Shown: in pieces, positions 45,906 through 55,349 of the stretch
Layout of the letters: the number at the start of each line of letters is the position of its first letter
Position numbering within the stretch: position 1 is the stretch's first letter
Notes under the pieces: generated by a model
What the model was told of the DNA's origin: nothing
Databases searched by the model: none
What the model saw: the letters and a program-made list of their open reading frames with translations, nothing else
Made by a program: the position numbers and the translations under genes
From: Candidatus Harrisonbacteria bacterium
GTDB lineage: Bacteria; Patescibacteriota; Minisyncoccia; UBA6257; WO2-44-18
Reading direction: 5' to 3'
DNA: 64,000 nt
NCBI GenBank assembly: GCA_016182295.1
Contig: JACOXP010000005.1
Location: 4,926-68,925, forward strand

Positions 45906-46883
45906 TTAATTACAGAACACAAAACTTCCTGGCCCGCCAGGACCAACAAACCACTGATTTGACGTCAACTCACTAGAAGAATCCTCCTGTAGTATGGTAA
46001 CAGCACTAGTTGAACGCATAAGTATTGCGACGCCATCACTTGAACCATTTACACCAAAGTCAATAAAGTCTCCAAAAGAATCAGGTTCGCTTGCCCAGCC
46101 CACAACACGATTATCCGAGGAACGTTGGTATATGTTAGCCATCGCATACCCCGTGCCGGTATTGGGTACAAACACCGCTGTACAAATAGAATCTAAACAT
46201 TGAGAAGGGACAGCAACAGCGCTATTAGCAGCGGCCGCAACAATCACGCACGCTGAAGTATTATCAACACCGTCAGATATTCCTGGTGGAACATTTTTTA
46301 ACCTTGTCCACTCGAGAGGGTTACTTACCAAGTTGATTGTGCCCGGAGTATTAATTGAAACGCCTTGGCGCCACAGATCTCCGGCGTTAATATTACCAGT
46401 AACATCAAGCTTTGTCCCAGGAGCAGTGTTGCCAATTCCCACATTAGTTCCATTATCGAAAATTTGAGAATTCCCAAGGGTGGTGGCGGCAGTAAATTTG
46501 GAAATGAAATTCGTCGTGCCGCTGCCGCCAATAGCGCCTCCGCTTGGGGAGGCGCAATCTAGAGAAGAAGAATTAAGGCCCGTAACAAACTGGCCGCCAG
46601 CGCAGTCGGACGGCAAACTAGTCAAACGTGGCCATGGCACAGAACCGGCAACCAGGGCTCCGGTCCAACTAACGTTCCCGCTAATTTTTAACTTCGCGGA
46701 CGCGTCCGGTAAAGCCCCGATTCCTACATTACGGCTAGCGTCTACGGTAATAGCGGCGGATCCGTCCGGCGGTGGTACTACCGGATTGTTCCACCCCAAA
46801 ACTAAACTTGCTATCAGCCAACCGGCAAAAACCAAAGCAAAAATATTTGTCCAAAAAAGCGGTTTTTTTAATAACTGAATCAT
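45906..46883 (-). CDS. Surface fibre/adhesin-like protein with NVGIG repeats (paralog B)
   Basis: Same leader KKPLFWTNI.AL.FAGWLI..LV.GW.NP...PP.GS.AITV; GSGTTNFISKF...DNGTNVGIG; start at ATG 46883. Confidence 0.75.
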   Translation of the reverse strand: MIQLLKKPLFWTNIFALVFAGWLIASLVLGWNNPVVPPPDGSAAITVDASRNVGIGALPDASAKLKISGNVSWTGALVAGSVPWPRLTSLPSDCAGGQFVTGLNSSSLDCASPSGGAIGGSGTTNFISKFTAATTLGNSQIFDNGTNVGIGNTAPGTKLDVTGNINAGDLWRQGVSINTPGTINLVSNPLEWTRLKNVPPGISDGVDNTSACVIVAAAANSAVAVPSQCLDSICTAVFVPNTGTGYAMANIYQRSSDNRVVGWASEPDSFGDFIDFGVNGSSDGVAILMRSTSAVTILQEDSSSELTSNQWFVGPGGPGSFVFCN

Positions 46884-46904
46884 ACTATAATCAAAGTATA
46901 GCAA

Positions 46905-46932
46905 TTCTAGATTCTAGTTTCTAGTTTCTGGG
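46905..46932 (+). repeat. Heptamer tandem repeat (TTCTAGA/T, 4 units), intergenic
   Basis: TTCTAGA TTCTAGT TTCTAGT TTCTGGG. Confidence 0.7.
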
Positions 46933-46942
46933 TTTTGCTGGT

Positions 46943-47851
46943 ATGTGGATAACTAAATCACCGAAAATAACCTGGATCGACATTCTGAAACCCACAAAAG
47001 CCGACATCGATTTTCTCAAACAACAGCACAATTTTCACCCGATCATCCTTGACGAACTGCTCCACCTTTCCAATCGCTCCCGAGTGGAGTTCTATCAAGA
47101 TTATCTTTACCTCACTTACCATTTTCCTATTTACGACAGATCAATAAAAACTTCCCGCCGGGCCGAAGTTGACTTTTTAATTACTAAAGAAAAAATAATT
47201 ACCGTCCATTACGAAGATCTTGAAGCGATCGATACTTTCGCGCGCGCCATCAACAATAACGCGCATTTTAAAGCCAGAGCGACGCAAGACAGCGCCCGCG
47301 TTGTTTATTATATTATTCAGGAAATAATCCAATTTTCTTTGCATCAACTTCGCCACGTTGAAGATAATATAAGAAAAATCTCCCAGGAAATCTTTAAAGG
47401 ATACGAAACTCAACTTTTAGAAAAAATTTCTTACGCCAAACGGGAAATCTTGGATTTTAATGTTACCAGCGCGCCGCAAAAAATCTTATTGGAATCTTTG
47501 CTGGATGTTGGCAAGAAATTTTGGGGTGAAGAAGAACGAATTTATTTTGCCGATTTGGTCGGTGATTATTCCAAACTTACCCAACAAGTAGAAAATTATC
47601 GCGCTACCATTGAAGCGCTGGAAAGCACCAATGGCCAGCTATTAAACGCCAAAACCAACAGAGTAATGCAGCGTTTCACCATTCTCGCTTTTCTGACCTT
47701 CCCGATATTTCTATTCGTGTCGCTGGCCGAAGTAGAATTTATCAACACTTTTATCGCGGAAAATCCACTGCGCTTTTGGTCTATCTTGATCGGTGTAATT
47801 GTATTAGTATTTTCTTTAATAGCGATATTTAAGAAAAAGGGGTGGCTTTAA
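46943..47851 (+). CDS. corA: CorA-family divalent cation transporter (degenerate signature)
   Basis: TWIDILKPT, FHPIILDE, YFADLVG, TNRVMQRFTI and two C-terminal TM helices. Confidence 0.85.
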   Translation: MWITKSPKITWIDILKPTKADIDFLKQQHNFHPIILDELLHLSNRSRVEFYQDYLYLTYHFPIYDRSIKTSRRAEVDFLITKEKIITVHYEDLEAIDTFARAINNNAHFKARATQDSARVVYYIIQEIIQFSLHQLRHVEDNIRKISQEIFKGYETQLLEKISYAKREILDFNVTSAPQKILLESLLDVGKKFWGEEERIYFADLVGDYSKLTQQVENYRATIEALESTNGQLLNAKTNRVMQRFTILAFLTFPIFLFVSLAEVEFINTFIAENPLRFWSILIGVIVLVFSLIAIFKKKGWL

Positions 47852-47852
47852 A

Positions 47853-49244
47853 ATGTTGATATATAATACTTTATCCGGACAAAAAGAAAATTTAGAGAAG
47901 GCAAGCATCAATAAAAAAATTAGGTTGTTTGTCTGCGGCCCGACCGTTTATGATTATGCCCATATTGGCAACGCCCGCACCTATATTGCTTTCGATATAA
48001 TCGTCCGCTGGCTTCGCAAATCCGGCTGGAAAGTTTATTATCTTCAGAATATCACCGACATTGATGATAAAATTATCCGCCGCGCGGCCGAGGAAAACAT
48101 CTCTCCAGAAACGCTTGCAAGAAAATACGAAAAAATTTATTTATCCGATATGAAAACGCTCGGCATAAAATCAGTCACTAAATACGCCCGCGCGACTGAT
48201 CACATCAGGCAAATTATCAGGCAAATCCAAGCTCTTATTAAAAACGGCAACGCGTATGAAATTTCCGGCGATGGAATTTATTTCGATATTTCAACTTTCG
48301 CCAGCTATGGAAAACTTTCCAGACGCACCACCGAACAAGCGGAGGATTCCATCTCCCGCATAGATGAGAGTGTTAATAAAAAAAATAAAGGCGATTTCGC
48401 TCTTTGGAAACTAACGCGATCCGAAAAGCCTGCCTGGGATTCTCCTTGGGGACCGGGCCGGCCCGGCTGGCACATTGAAGATACTGCCATCACCGAACAT
48501 TATTTCGGTTCGCAATATGAAGTCCACGGCGGCGCTGTCGATTTAAAATTTCCTCACCACGAAGCGGAAATCGCCCAGCAAGAATCGGCTTCCGGAAAAT
48601 CCCCCCTCGCCAAAATCTGGATGCATACGGGGTTTCTGCTCGTAGGCGGAAAAAAAATGGCCAAAAGCGCCGGTAATTTCATCACCGTCAGAGATTTTTT
48701 AAAAAAATATCCCGTTTCAATTTCCCGTTACTTAGTCGCCGTCCATCATTATCGTTCCCCCATGGACTACTCCGATAAGCTTGCCCAACAAGCGGAGTCC
48801 GCCATCGACAATCTTTCCCAATTTGTTGCCAAACTTTCACTTGTGTACCGTGACGGCCGTCAAGAAACACAAGTAAAGGAGGATTTGCGAAAAGCCGGTG
48901 AAAGTTTTGAAACGGCAATGAACGATGACTTTAACACTCCGGAAGCGTTAGCGGCTATTTTTATCCTAGTTAACGAATTTCAAAAAAATTTCTGGGATCT
49001 CGGGAAAGCCGGCGCTAAAAAAGTTAAGAAATTTATAAAAGAGCGGCTTAACGATCTCGGTATCGAGCTTTTTTTACCAAAAGTTCCCTTTAAAATAAAG
49101 CAGATTGCCAAAAAACGGGAGTTATTCAGAGTTAATAAACAATTTGTTCAATCGGACAACTTGCGAAAAGAGATAGAACGGTTAGGATATGGGGTAGAAG
49201 ACACTCCAGCCGGACCGTTCTTATGGCCAAAAGGGAAGGATTAA
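47853..49244 (+). CDS. cysS: Cysteine-tRNA ligase
   Basis: CGPTVYDYAHIGNAR, DFALWK, GRPGWHIED, FPHHEAE, KMAKS and MNDDFNTP. Confidence 0.97.
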   Translation: MLIYNTLSGQKENLEKASINKKIRLFVCGPTVYDYAHIGNARTYIAFDIIVRWLRKSGWKVYYLQNITDIDDKIIRRAAEENISPETLARKYEKIYLSDMKTLGIKSVTKYARATDHIRQIIRQIQALIKNGNAYEISGDGIYFDISTFASYGKLSRRTTEQAEDSISRIDESVNKKNKGDFALWKLTRSEKPAWDSPWGPGRPGWHIEDTAITEHYFGSQYEVHGGAVDLKFPHHEAEIAQQESASGKSPLAKIWMHTGFLLVGGKKMAKSAGNFITVRDFLKKYPVSISRYLVAVHHYRSPMDYSDKLAQQAESAIDNLSQFVAKLSLVYRDGRQETQVKEDLRKAGESFETAMNDDFNTPEALAAIFILVNEFQKNFWDLGKAGAKKVKKFIKERLNDLGIELFLPKVPFKIKQIAKKRELFRVNKQFVQSDNLRKEIERLGYGVEDTPAGPFLWPKGKD

Positions 49245-50578
49245 AATTACCACCGCAAAATATTGACGCCGAACAGTCAGTTCTCGGTTCTTTAATGGTT
49301 GATAAAAACGCGATTATTCAAGTGGCGGATGTTTTGCGTCCCAATGATTTTTATCACCCTCAAAACTCGGCGATCTACGAAGCAATTCTTAGTCTTTTTG
49401 AAAAAAGAAGACCGATTGATATTTTAAGCGTTACCACTGAATTAAAAGAGCGCAATATTTTAAAAGAAATTGGCGGATCGACTCATTTGAGTAAGTTGGT
49501 GGAAATGGTTCCGTCGGCGACTCACGTTCTTCACTATGCCAAAATGGTGCGGGACAAAAAAATTCTACGCGACCTCATCGCTACCTCCGCCGAAATTTCT
49601 GAAAAAGCATTCAACCCCGACGGAGAGCTTGACGAAACTCTTGACGAGATAGAACAGAAAATTTTCGCCATATCTCAACATTCTGTCCAGCAAAAGTTCA
49701 CTTTGATTAAAGAAGAACTTCCCAAGGCTTACGAACGTCTGGAAAAAATGCACAGCGGCGAACGGCCGCTTGGCGGAATTGGAACCGGTTTTTCAAAACT
49801 TGATTTTTATCTTTCCGGCCTTCGGAATTCCGATATGGTGGTCGTGGGCGCCCGCCCGTCGCTGGGTAAAACTTCTTTTGTTTTGGATATAGCCCGCCAC
49901 GCCGCTGTCAAAGAGCAAAAATCGGTTGGCGTCTTTTCGCTGGAAATGTCCAAGGATCAAATTATTGATCGTATTATCGCCGCTGAAGCGGAAGTGCCGC
50001 TTTCCACTTTGCGTACCGGCCGGGTCAAAAACGATACTGATTTTGAGTTGGTTCAGCGAGCTCTTGATTCTCTTTCCCGGGCGCCTCTTTTTATAGACGA
50101 CACGCCATCACCGAACGTTCTTCAAATGCGCTCCATGGCCCGAAGATTACAGGCGGAGCACGGTCTTGATCTTTTGATTGTCGACTATCTCCAACTGATT
50201 CAACCGAAGACCGGTTCCGACAATATAGTTCAGCAAATTACCGAAATTTCCCGCAATATCAAAGGACTTGCCCGCGAACTTAACGTGCCGATTATAGCCG
50301 TTTCCCAGCTTTCCCGAGGCGTGGAGCAAAGAGAAATTAAAATCCCCCGCCTTTCCGATCTTCGCGAATCCGGCTCCATCGAACAAGACGCGGACGTCGT
50401 TTTGTTTTTATATAGAAAAGATCGCGATAAATTAAGTCCCAGCCCGGAAGAACAAGGGATGGCCGAAATTATCATCGCCAAGCATCGCAACGGCCCGCTT
50501 GGCAGCGTTCAGCTTAAGTTTGATGAGCAAAAAACCACTTTCCGAAACCTAGACACCACCCACACCAATGTTGCCTGA
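49223..50578 (+). CDS. dnaB: Replicative DNA helicase
   Basis: PPQNIDAEQSVLG, ARPSLGKT, IVDYLQL and DLRESGSIEQDAD. Confidence 0.98.
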   Translation: MAKREGLKLPPQNIDAEQSVLGSLMVDKNAIIQVADVLRPNDFYHPQNSAIYEAILSLFEKRRPIDILSVTTELKERNILKEIGGSTHLSKLVEMVPSATHVLHYAKMVRDKKILRDLIATSAEISEKAFNPDGELDETLDEIEQKIFAISQHSVQQKFTLIKEELPKAYERLEKMHSGERPLGGIGTGFSKLDFYLSGLRNSDMVVVGARPSLGKTSFVLDIARHAAVKEQKSVGVFSLEMSKDQIIDRIIAAEAEVPLSTLRTGRVKNDTDFELVQRALDSLSRAPLFIDDTPSPNVLQMRSMARRLQAEHGLDLLIVDYLQLIQPKTGSDNIVQQITEISRNIKGLARELNVPIIAVSQLSRGVEQREIKIPRLSDLRESGSIEQDADVVLFLYRKDRDKLSPSPEEQGMAEIIIAKHRNGPLGSVQLKFDEQKTTFRNLDTTHTNVA

Positions 50579-51137
50579 TCCAATTAGAAAATTCGTCGAA
50601 ATTTTCGCCAAATTGCCCGGTATTGGCCCCCGCCAAGCAACTCGTATAGCTTTTCATATGGCTAACCAAGGCAAAAATTCCGTTTCCGAAGCGGCTAAAG
50701 CGGTTGCCGGCCTCGGAAACCTCTCAGTTTGCGCTTCCTGTTTTACCGCGACTCTGGCAAACAGCGTTTGCGCTGTTTGCTCCAACCCAAAACGCAATCC
50801 TAAAATTATAGCCGTGGTTGAAAAAGAAACGGATTTGACGTCCATAGAAAAAACCGGCAAGTTCGAAGGCCGTTATTTAGTTCTGGGCGAACTTAAAAAA
50901 GACGGTATTTTAAATGAAATGCAAAAATTGCGTCTAAAAACTCTTAAAAATGCCGATGAAATAATCATTGCCATTAATCCGACAACTTATGGAGATATTA
51001 ACGCTGAGATAATTTCCCAGGAATTAAAAAATTCTTCTAAAAAACTGACTCGACTGGGACGCGGTATTCCGACCGGCGGCGAAATAGAGTTTGCCGATGA
51101 AGCAACTTTGGAATCGGCGCTTGAACACCGAAAATAA
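50568..51137 (+). CDS. recR: Recombination mediator RecR
   Basis: LPGIGPRQA HhH, C4 Zn finger, Toprim domain and GIPTGGEIEFAD. Confidence 0.95.
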   Translation: MLPDPIRKFVEIFAKLPGIGPRQATRIAFHMANQGKNSVSEAAKAVAGLGNLSVCASCFTATLANSVCAVCSNPKRNPKIIAVVEKETDLTSIEKTGKFEGRYLVLGELKKDGILNEMQKLRLKTLKNADEIIIAINPTTYGDINAEIISQELKNSSKKLTRLGRGIPTGGEIEFADEATLESALEHRK

Positions 51138-51162
51138 TCCCCCGATATCGGGGGATTATTTT
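51131..51162. terminator. Perfect 32-bp palindrome / bidirectional terminator containing both stop codons
   Basis: AAAATAATCCCCCGATATCGGGGGATTATTTT. Confidence 0.8.
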
Positions 51163-51464
51163 ATTCCGGTAATTTCTACTTCGGTAAAATACTGTCGATG
51201 TCCCTTTTTCTTTCTTTCTCTGGTTTTGGAATGATATTTAAAAACTATAATTTTTTTACTTCTTCCCTGTTTGAGAATTTTGGCGGATACTTTAGAGCCG
51301 GCAATATAAGGGGTGCCGATTTTCACATTTTCGCCGTCCGCGAGCAATAAAACTTTATCGAAATCCAAAACGTCACCGTTGTTGGTTTCCAATTTCTCTA
51401 TTTTCACTTTTTGGCCGGGGGCAACCTTGTATTGTTTCCCGCCAGTTTCAATAACCGCAAACAT
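51156..51464 (-). CDS. rplU: 50S ribosomal protein L21
   Basis: MFAVIETGGKQYKV...IGTPY...KGHRQYFT. Confidence 0.97.
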   Translation of the reverse strand: MFAVIETGGKQYKVAPGQKVKIEKLETNNGDVLDFDKVLLLADGENVKIGTPYIAGSKVSAKILKQGRSKKIIVFKYHSKTRERKKKGHRQYFTEVEITGIK

Positions 51465-51467
51465 ATT

Positions 51468-51785
51468 TTAATTGCTACTGATGATAACACCTATGGCCAT
51501 TAAAATCAATAAGGAAATAACCGCGGTAGAAAAAGAAATCAAGTTAGCTATAAATTGACTTCTTTTTTTTAAAGATAACGCCAGTACTAAATTAATGAAG
51601 AAAATAGCCCCTCCGGTAATTAGAATGGAAAGAGCGTCCCATTTGGATCCCAAGAAATTGATTCCCCGAAAAACGTCTATCCCAACAATTAAAAAATTGC
51701 CAGCATCATTGAAATTAAGGTAAAATAAGACAGCCGCTAGCGCCAACAGCGTGAAACTAAGAAAAAAAACTGGCTTTATCAACAT
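51468..51785 (-). CDS. Small 3-TM membrane protein
   Basis: 105 aa, hydrophobic; probably co-transcribed with rplU. Confidence 0.75.
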   Translation of the reverse strand: MLIKPVFFLSFTLLALAAVLFYLNFNDAGNFLIVGIDVFRGINFLGSKWDALSILITGGAIFFINLVLALSLKKRSQFIANLISFSTAVISLLILMAIGVIISSN

Positions 51786-51822
51786 TAAGTTTCAGTATAT
51801 CTTTAAAACAATCAAAGTAAAC

Positions 51823-52926
51823 ATGCGTATTGCTTATTTTATCGGAACGCTTAAAAAAGGAGACGGGGTCGCTAGAGTAGTGACCACGCTTGCCAGAGAG
51901 GCTCAACAAAGAGGCGTCGAAAGCGTTATCGTTACTGGTTTTGTGGAGAGCCAGTCTATTTCCCCGGTGCCCACGATATTAATCCCATCCGTAAAATTTC
52001 CTCTTTACAAGGAATATAAACTTCCTCTGCCCGGAATGGGCGGTTTTGAAAAAAAATTAAAAGAATTTAATCCGGATGTAATTCATATTCACAGTCCGGA
52101 TACGATAGCTTTCGCGGCTGCGAAATACGCAAAAAAATATAATGTGCCTATTTTCGCCACTCATCACACGGACTTTTCCCGCTATCTTTCTTACTATCAT
52201 ATCAATTTTCTCAATCCGGTTCTTTGGGCCATACTTCGCAGACTGTATTCGAAGGTAAGGATGGTAACCGTGCCATCCGATTGGACCAATCAAGATCTTA
52301 ACAATCATGGCATCAGAAACGTGACTACGGTTCCATGGGGAGTGGACTTTAAAAGTTTTGCCCCGTCGTTCCGAAGCGAACAGTGGCGTAAAAGTATTCT
52401 GAAACGCGGCGAACAGAAAATACTTGTATCAGTTTCAAGATTAACCTGGGAAAAAGATTTAAAAACATTAGCCGAAGCTTATAAGCTTTTACAGTCAGCC
52501 GGCAAAAAATTTCAAATGGTAATCGCTGGCGATGGTCCGGCTCGCAAAGAGTTTGAAGAAATGATGCCGGGGGCAGTTTTTTTGGGATATATTGACAAAG
52601 AAAAACTGTCCGAAGTTTTTGCTTCTTCGGATATTCTTCTTTTTCCATCCAGCACAGAAACTTTCGGCCAAGTTACTTTGGAGGCTATGGCCTCCGGCGC
52701 GGTTCCAGTAGTAGCTGATCAGGGCGGATCAGCGACGATAGTTGAAAACGGAAAAAACGGCCTCATTGCTCAAACTAAAAACCCGCAGAGTTTTTGTGAA
52801 AAAACACTGAATTTGCTTAATGATGAAAATCTTCTCAACAAAATGAAGAAGGCGGGATTGAAGTCCGCTAAACGTTATTCTTGGCCAAAAGTTTTAGACC
52901 AAATATTTGAGATATATAGAAATTAG
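51823..52926 (+). CDS. GT4 glycosyltransferase (PimA/MgtA-like)
   Basis: PDVIHIHSP, SRLTWEKD, GDGP and ETFGQVTLEAMASG; start MRIAYF at 51823. Confidence 0.93.
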   Translation: MRIAYFIGTLKKGDGVARVVTTLAREAQQRGVESVIVTGFVESQSISPVPTILIPSVKFPLYKEYKLPLPGMGGFEKKLKEFNPDVIHIHSPDTIAFAAAKYAKKYNVPIFATHHTDFSRYLSYYHINFLNPVLWAILRRLYSKVRMVTVPSDWTNQDLNNHGIRNVTTVPWGVDFKSFAPSFRSEQWRKSILKRGEQKILVSVSRLTWEKDLKTLAEAYKLLQSAGKKFQMVIAGDGPARKEFEEMMPGAVFLGYIDKEKLSEVFASSDILLFPSSTETFGQVTLEAMASGAVPVVADQGGSATIVENGKNGLIAQTKNPQSFCEKTLNLLNDENLLNKMKKAGLKSAKRYSWPKVLDQIFEIYRN

Positions 52927-54083
52927 ATATCGAACTTTTTCACAAGTTCGTAAAAAATCGCTTTATCATTAACCTTGACCGGCTCGCCCGGCGGAACTTC
53001 GATATTGAATGGGTTAACCAAAGCCCCGAATTTGTGAATTTCATAGTGCAGATGCGGCCCGGTTGATTCTCCGGTAGAACCGACGTAACCGACCACCTGC
53101 CCCTGTTTAACTTTGGCGCCGACGCGAATACCTTTAGCCAAGCTTTGAAAATGACCGTAACGGCTACTGTACATTTCATTATGACGGACTAAAACCGATA
53201 TTCCGTACGGTCCGTTCCAACCAGCTTGAACCACCGTGCCATCACCAATGCTAACGGCGGGTGTGCCCGCGGGAGCGGCGTAATCAATTCCCCGATGAGG
53301 CGCCACTTTTTTTGTAACAGGATTAAAACGCGCGTAACTGAACCCGGAGCTAATATACCTATACTGAAGTGGCGCTTTCAAAAATTGTTTCTGCAATGCC
53401 TCGCCGTTTTCATCATAATGCCCTCCTTCGCTGTTTTCACTCTCAAACCAATATCCTTTGTAAACCGCTCCGTCATTAGTGAAACGAGCGGCTAAAATAT
53501 AGCCGGGCATTACATACTTGCCATCGAGCCAACGCTCTTCATAAATCGCCTCAAAGCTATCGCCCACTCGGATATCAGCAACAAAATCCACTTGCCAGGC
53601 AAACATTTCCGCGAGCGCCAAAGCAAGTCGCTCGTCGTAACCTTTATCTATTAAGGTTTGGTAAAGCGATGTCTCGATAACTCCGCTGACTTTGCCTTCC
53701 TTAATTTCATAGGCGATGGTTTCCCGAACCGCTTCCCATTGGCCGTTTTTATATTCGGCGATTAATTGCTCCTCGCTGTTGATTGAATAAGTTAACTTTT
53801 TCAAATTGCCGCCACTGATTGTGTCGTAAATTAACGCCAAGTCGCGGCCGCTGATGATTTTTCTAAAATCGTATTTTTCATCGGCGGCTGAAAGAATGCC
53901 TTCAACGGTGCCGTCCTGAGCGCCAACGCGGCGAATTATCTCCCCGAAAGTAATTCCTTCGGGAACTTGCAGACGAAGAGCGCGCTCCGAGGGGATTTCC
54001 GGGGTTGGAAGATTGACGTACCAAATCAAAATGCCGCCAACCAAGAATGCTCCTAAAAACAAAACTCTGCGCAAAAACCTCAT
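52923..54083 (-). CDS. M23 peptidoglycan DD-endopeptidase (MepM/Csd3-like)
   Basis: HRGIDYAAP, YGHF and GSTGESTGPHLHYE. Confidence 0.93.
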   Translation of the reverse strand: MRFLRRVLFLGAFLVGGILIWYVNLPTPEIPSERALRLQVPEGITFGEIIRRVGAQDGTVEGILSAADEKYDFRKIISGRDLALIYDTISGGNLKKLTYSINSEEQLIAEYKNGQWEAVRETIAYEIKEGKVSGVIETSLYQTLIDKGYDERLALALAEMFAWQVDFVADIRVGDSFEAIYEERWLDGKYVMPGYILAARFTNDGAVYKGYWFESENSEGGHYDENGEALQKQFLKAPLQYRYISSGFSYARFNPVTKKVAPHRGIDYAAPAGTPAVSIGDGTVVQAGWNGPYGISVLVRHNEMYSSRYGHFQSLAKGIRVGAKVKQGQVVGYVGSTGESTGPHLHYEIHKFGALVNPFNIEVPPGEPVKVNDKAIFYELVKKFDI

Positions 54084-54110
54084 TGCTCCCTATACTAACC
54101 CAAACTTTGA

Positions 54111-55349
54111 TTATTCTACAATAATCGTTCCTTTTGCTGATGGACCAAGGTGATTGTGGTAGTTAATAGTGCCCGATTCGGTAAAGGTAAACTTATAAGC
54201 CCCGCCTGGTTCTAAACGTCCTGATTCAAAAGCTGGGAAACTGGTGTGCACCGGGTGCGGATCGGAAGCGATCCACATTGGCCCGGGACCATTGTTTACA
54301 AAAGTAAGCTCATCCCCAATTTCCACTCTCATGGTTGTTGGAGTAAAAACACCGCTTTTAAAAGTAACTAGGTTATCCTCTACGCTCTCTTCTTTCTGAC
54401 CCTCTCCGTTTAAATGCAATTCCGCTTTCACGGCAACTTCAACTTTTGCTTCTTGGGCTTCGCGGTGAGCTTCCTGAAAGATTCGAAATGCTTCGGCGTA
54501 AGCCCCGGTTTCCATTTTTAACTTTCCTTCCGCGACTAAATCCTCCGCTTTTTTCAATTTCGTTTCAGCGGCGGATTTTACCTCGGCGCTTACTTCTGAT
54601 TTAGCGATAAACTCGCGAACCTCAGAAATTTTCTTCTCGGTCGCTTTCAATTTCCCCTCAGCGGCTGTTTGGGATTCTGGATTAGAAAGCTTGGATTCCA
54701 CTTCCGCTCTTATACCGGCGGTTTTAACAGCGTGGGTTTTAATCTTTTCCGCAAGCAGTTCAACTTCACCATTTTCGGTTTCGGAAATCCTTGCTAAAAT
54801 CTTCGCGTGAGCGTTGATCGCGGTCTCCAGGCCGGAAATTACTTCCGCGGCCGCTTGAATTTTATCATTAGCTTCAAGTTCGGCGATTCTTTCTTCAACA
54901 CGCTTGGCAAACTCCTCGAACCTTTCTTCCAGACGCTCCCGTTTTTCCATATCAAGCTCGCCTTTCGCCGCTAATTTTTCGGCTTCTTCAAGGCGGCGTT
55001 CGGCTCGGCGCGCTTCCCATTGGGCTTTTGCTTCGGCGGAAACAGACAAGGCCGATCTTACTTCCTCGTTAATATTCACTTTAATGTTATAAAGAACGTC
55101 GCCGGGCAGGGCGTTTTCAGCCGCTAACGACACTCCGCCTCCGACCAGCGCGCTAATTACTAATACTGCTGCGATTATTGGCATAAATTTTAAATAATAA
55201 TTATTATAATTAAACGACTTTTGTAATACCTGACGACTGGTATCTTTTAATCTTACAATGCTTTCTAAGTTTTGACGAATATGGTTTTTCTCCACAGCCT
55301 CCAAATGGATATTTTTCGCTTTATTAAAAAATTTTTCTAGATTATTCAT
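54111..55349 (-). CDS. Putative anti-sigma factor: TM helix, DUF5667-like coiled coil and cupredoxin-like C-terminus
   Basis: AAENALPGDVLYNIK..NEEVR; C-terminal FTP...GD.LTFVN...SDPHPVH...FTFTESGTINYHNHL; coupled to an ECF sigma factor. Confidence 0.8.
   Translation of the reverse strand: MNNLEKFFNKAKNIHLEAVEKNHIRQNLESIVRLKDTSRQVLQKSFNYNNYYLKFMPIIAAVLVISALVGGGVSLAAENALPGDVLYNIKVNINEEVRSALSVSAEAKAQWEARRAERRLEEAEKLAAKGELDMEKRERLEERFEEFAKRVEERIAELEANDKIQAAAEVISGLETAINAHAKILARISETENGEVELLAEKIKTHAVKTAGIRAEVESKLSNPESQTAAEGKLKATEKKISEVREFIAKSEVSAEVKSAAETKLKKAEDLVAEGKLKMETGAYAEAFRIFQEAHREAQEAKVEVAVKAELHLNGEGQKEESVEDNLVTFKSGVFTPTTMRVEIGDELTFVNNGPGPMWIASDPHPVHTSFPAFESGRLEPGGAYKFTFTESGTINYHNHLGPSAKGTIIVE

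Noticed and set aside
45000-46883. Prophage tail-fibre region
   Set aside because: No phage structural, terminase or integrase genes nearby, and both proteins have N-terminal membrane or signal segments.
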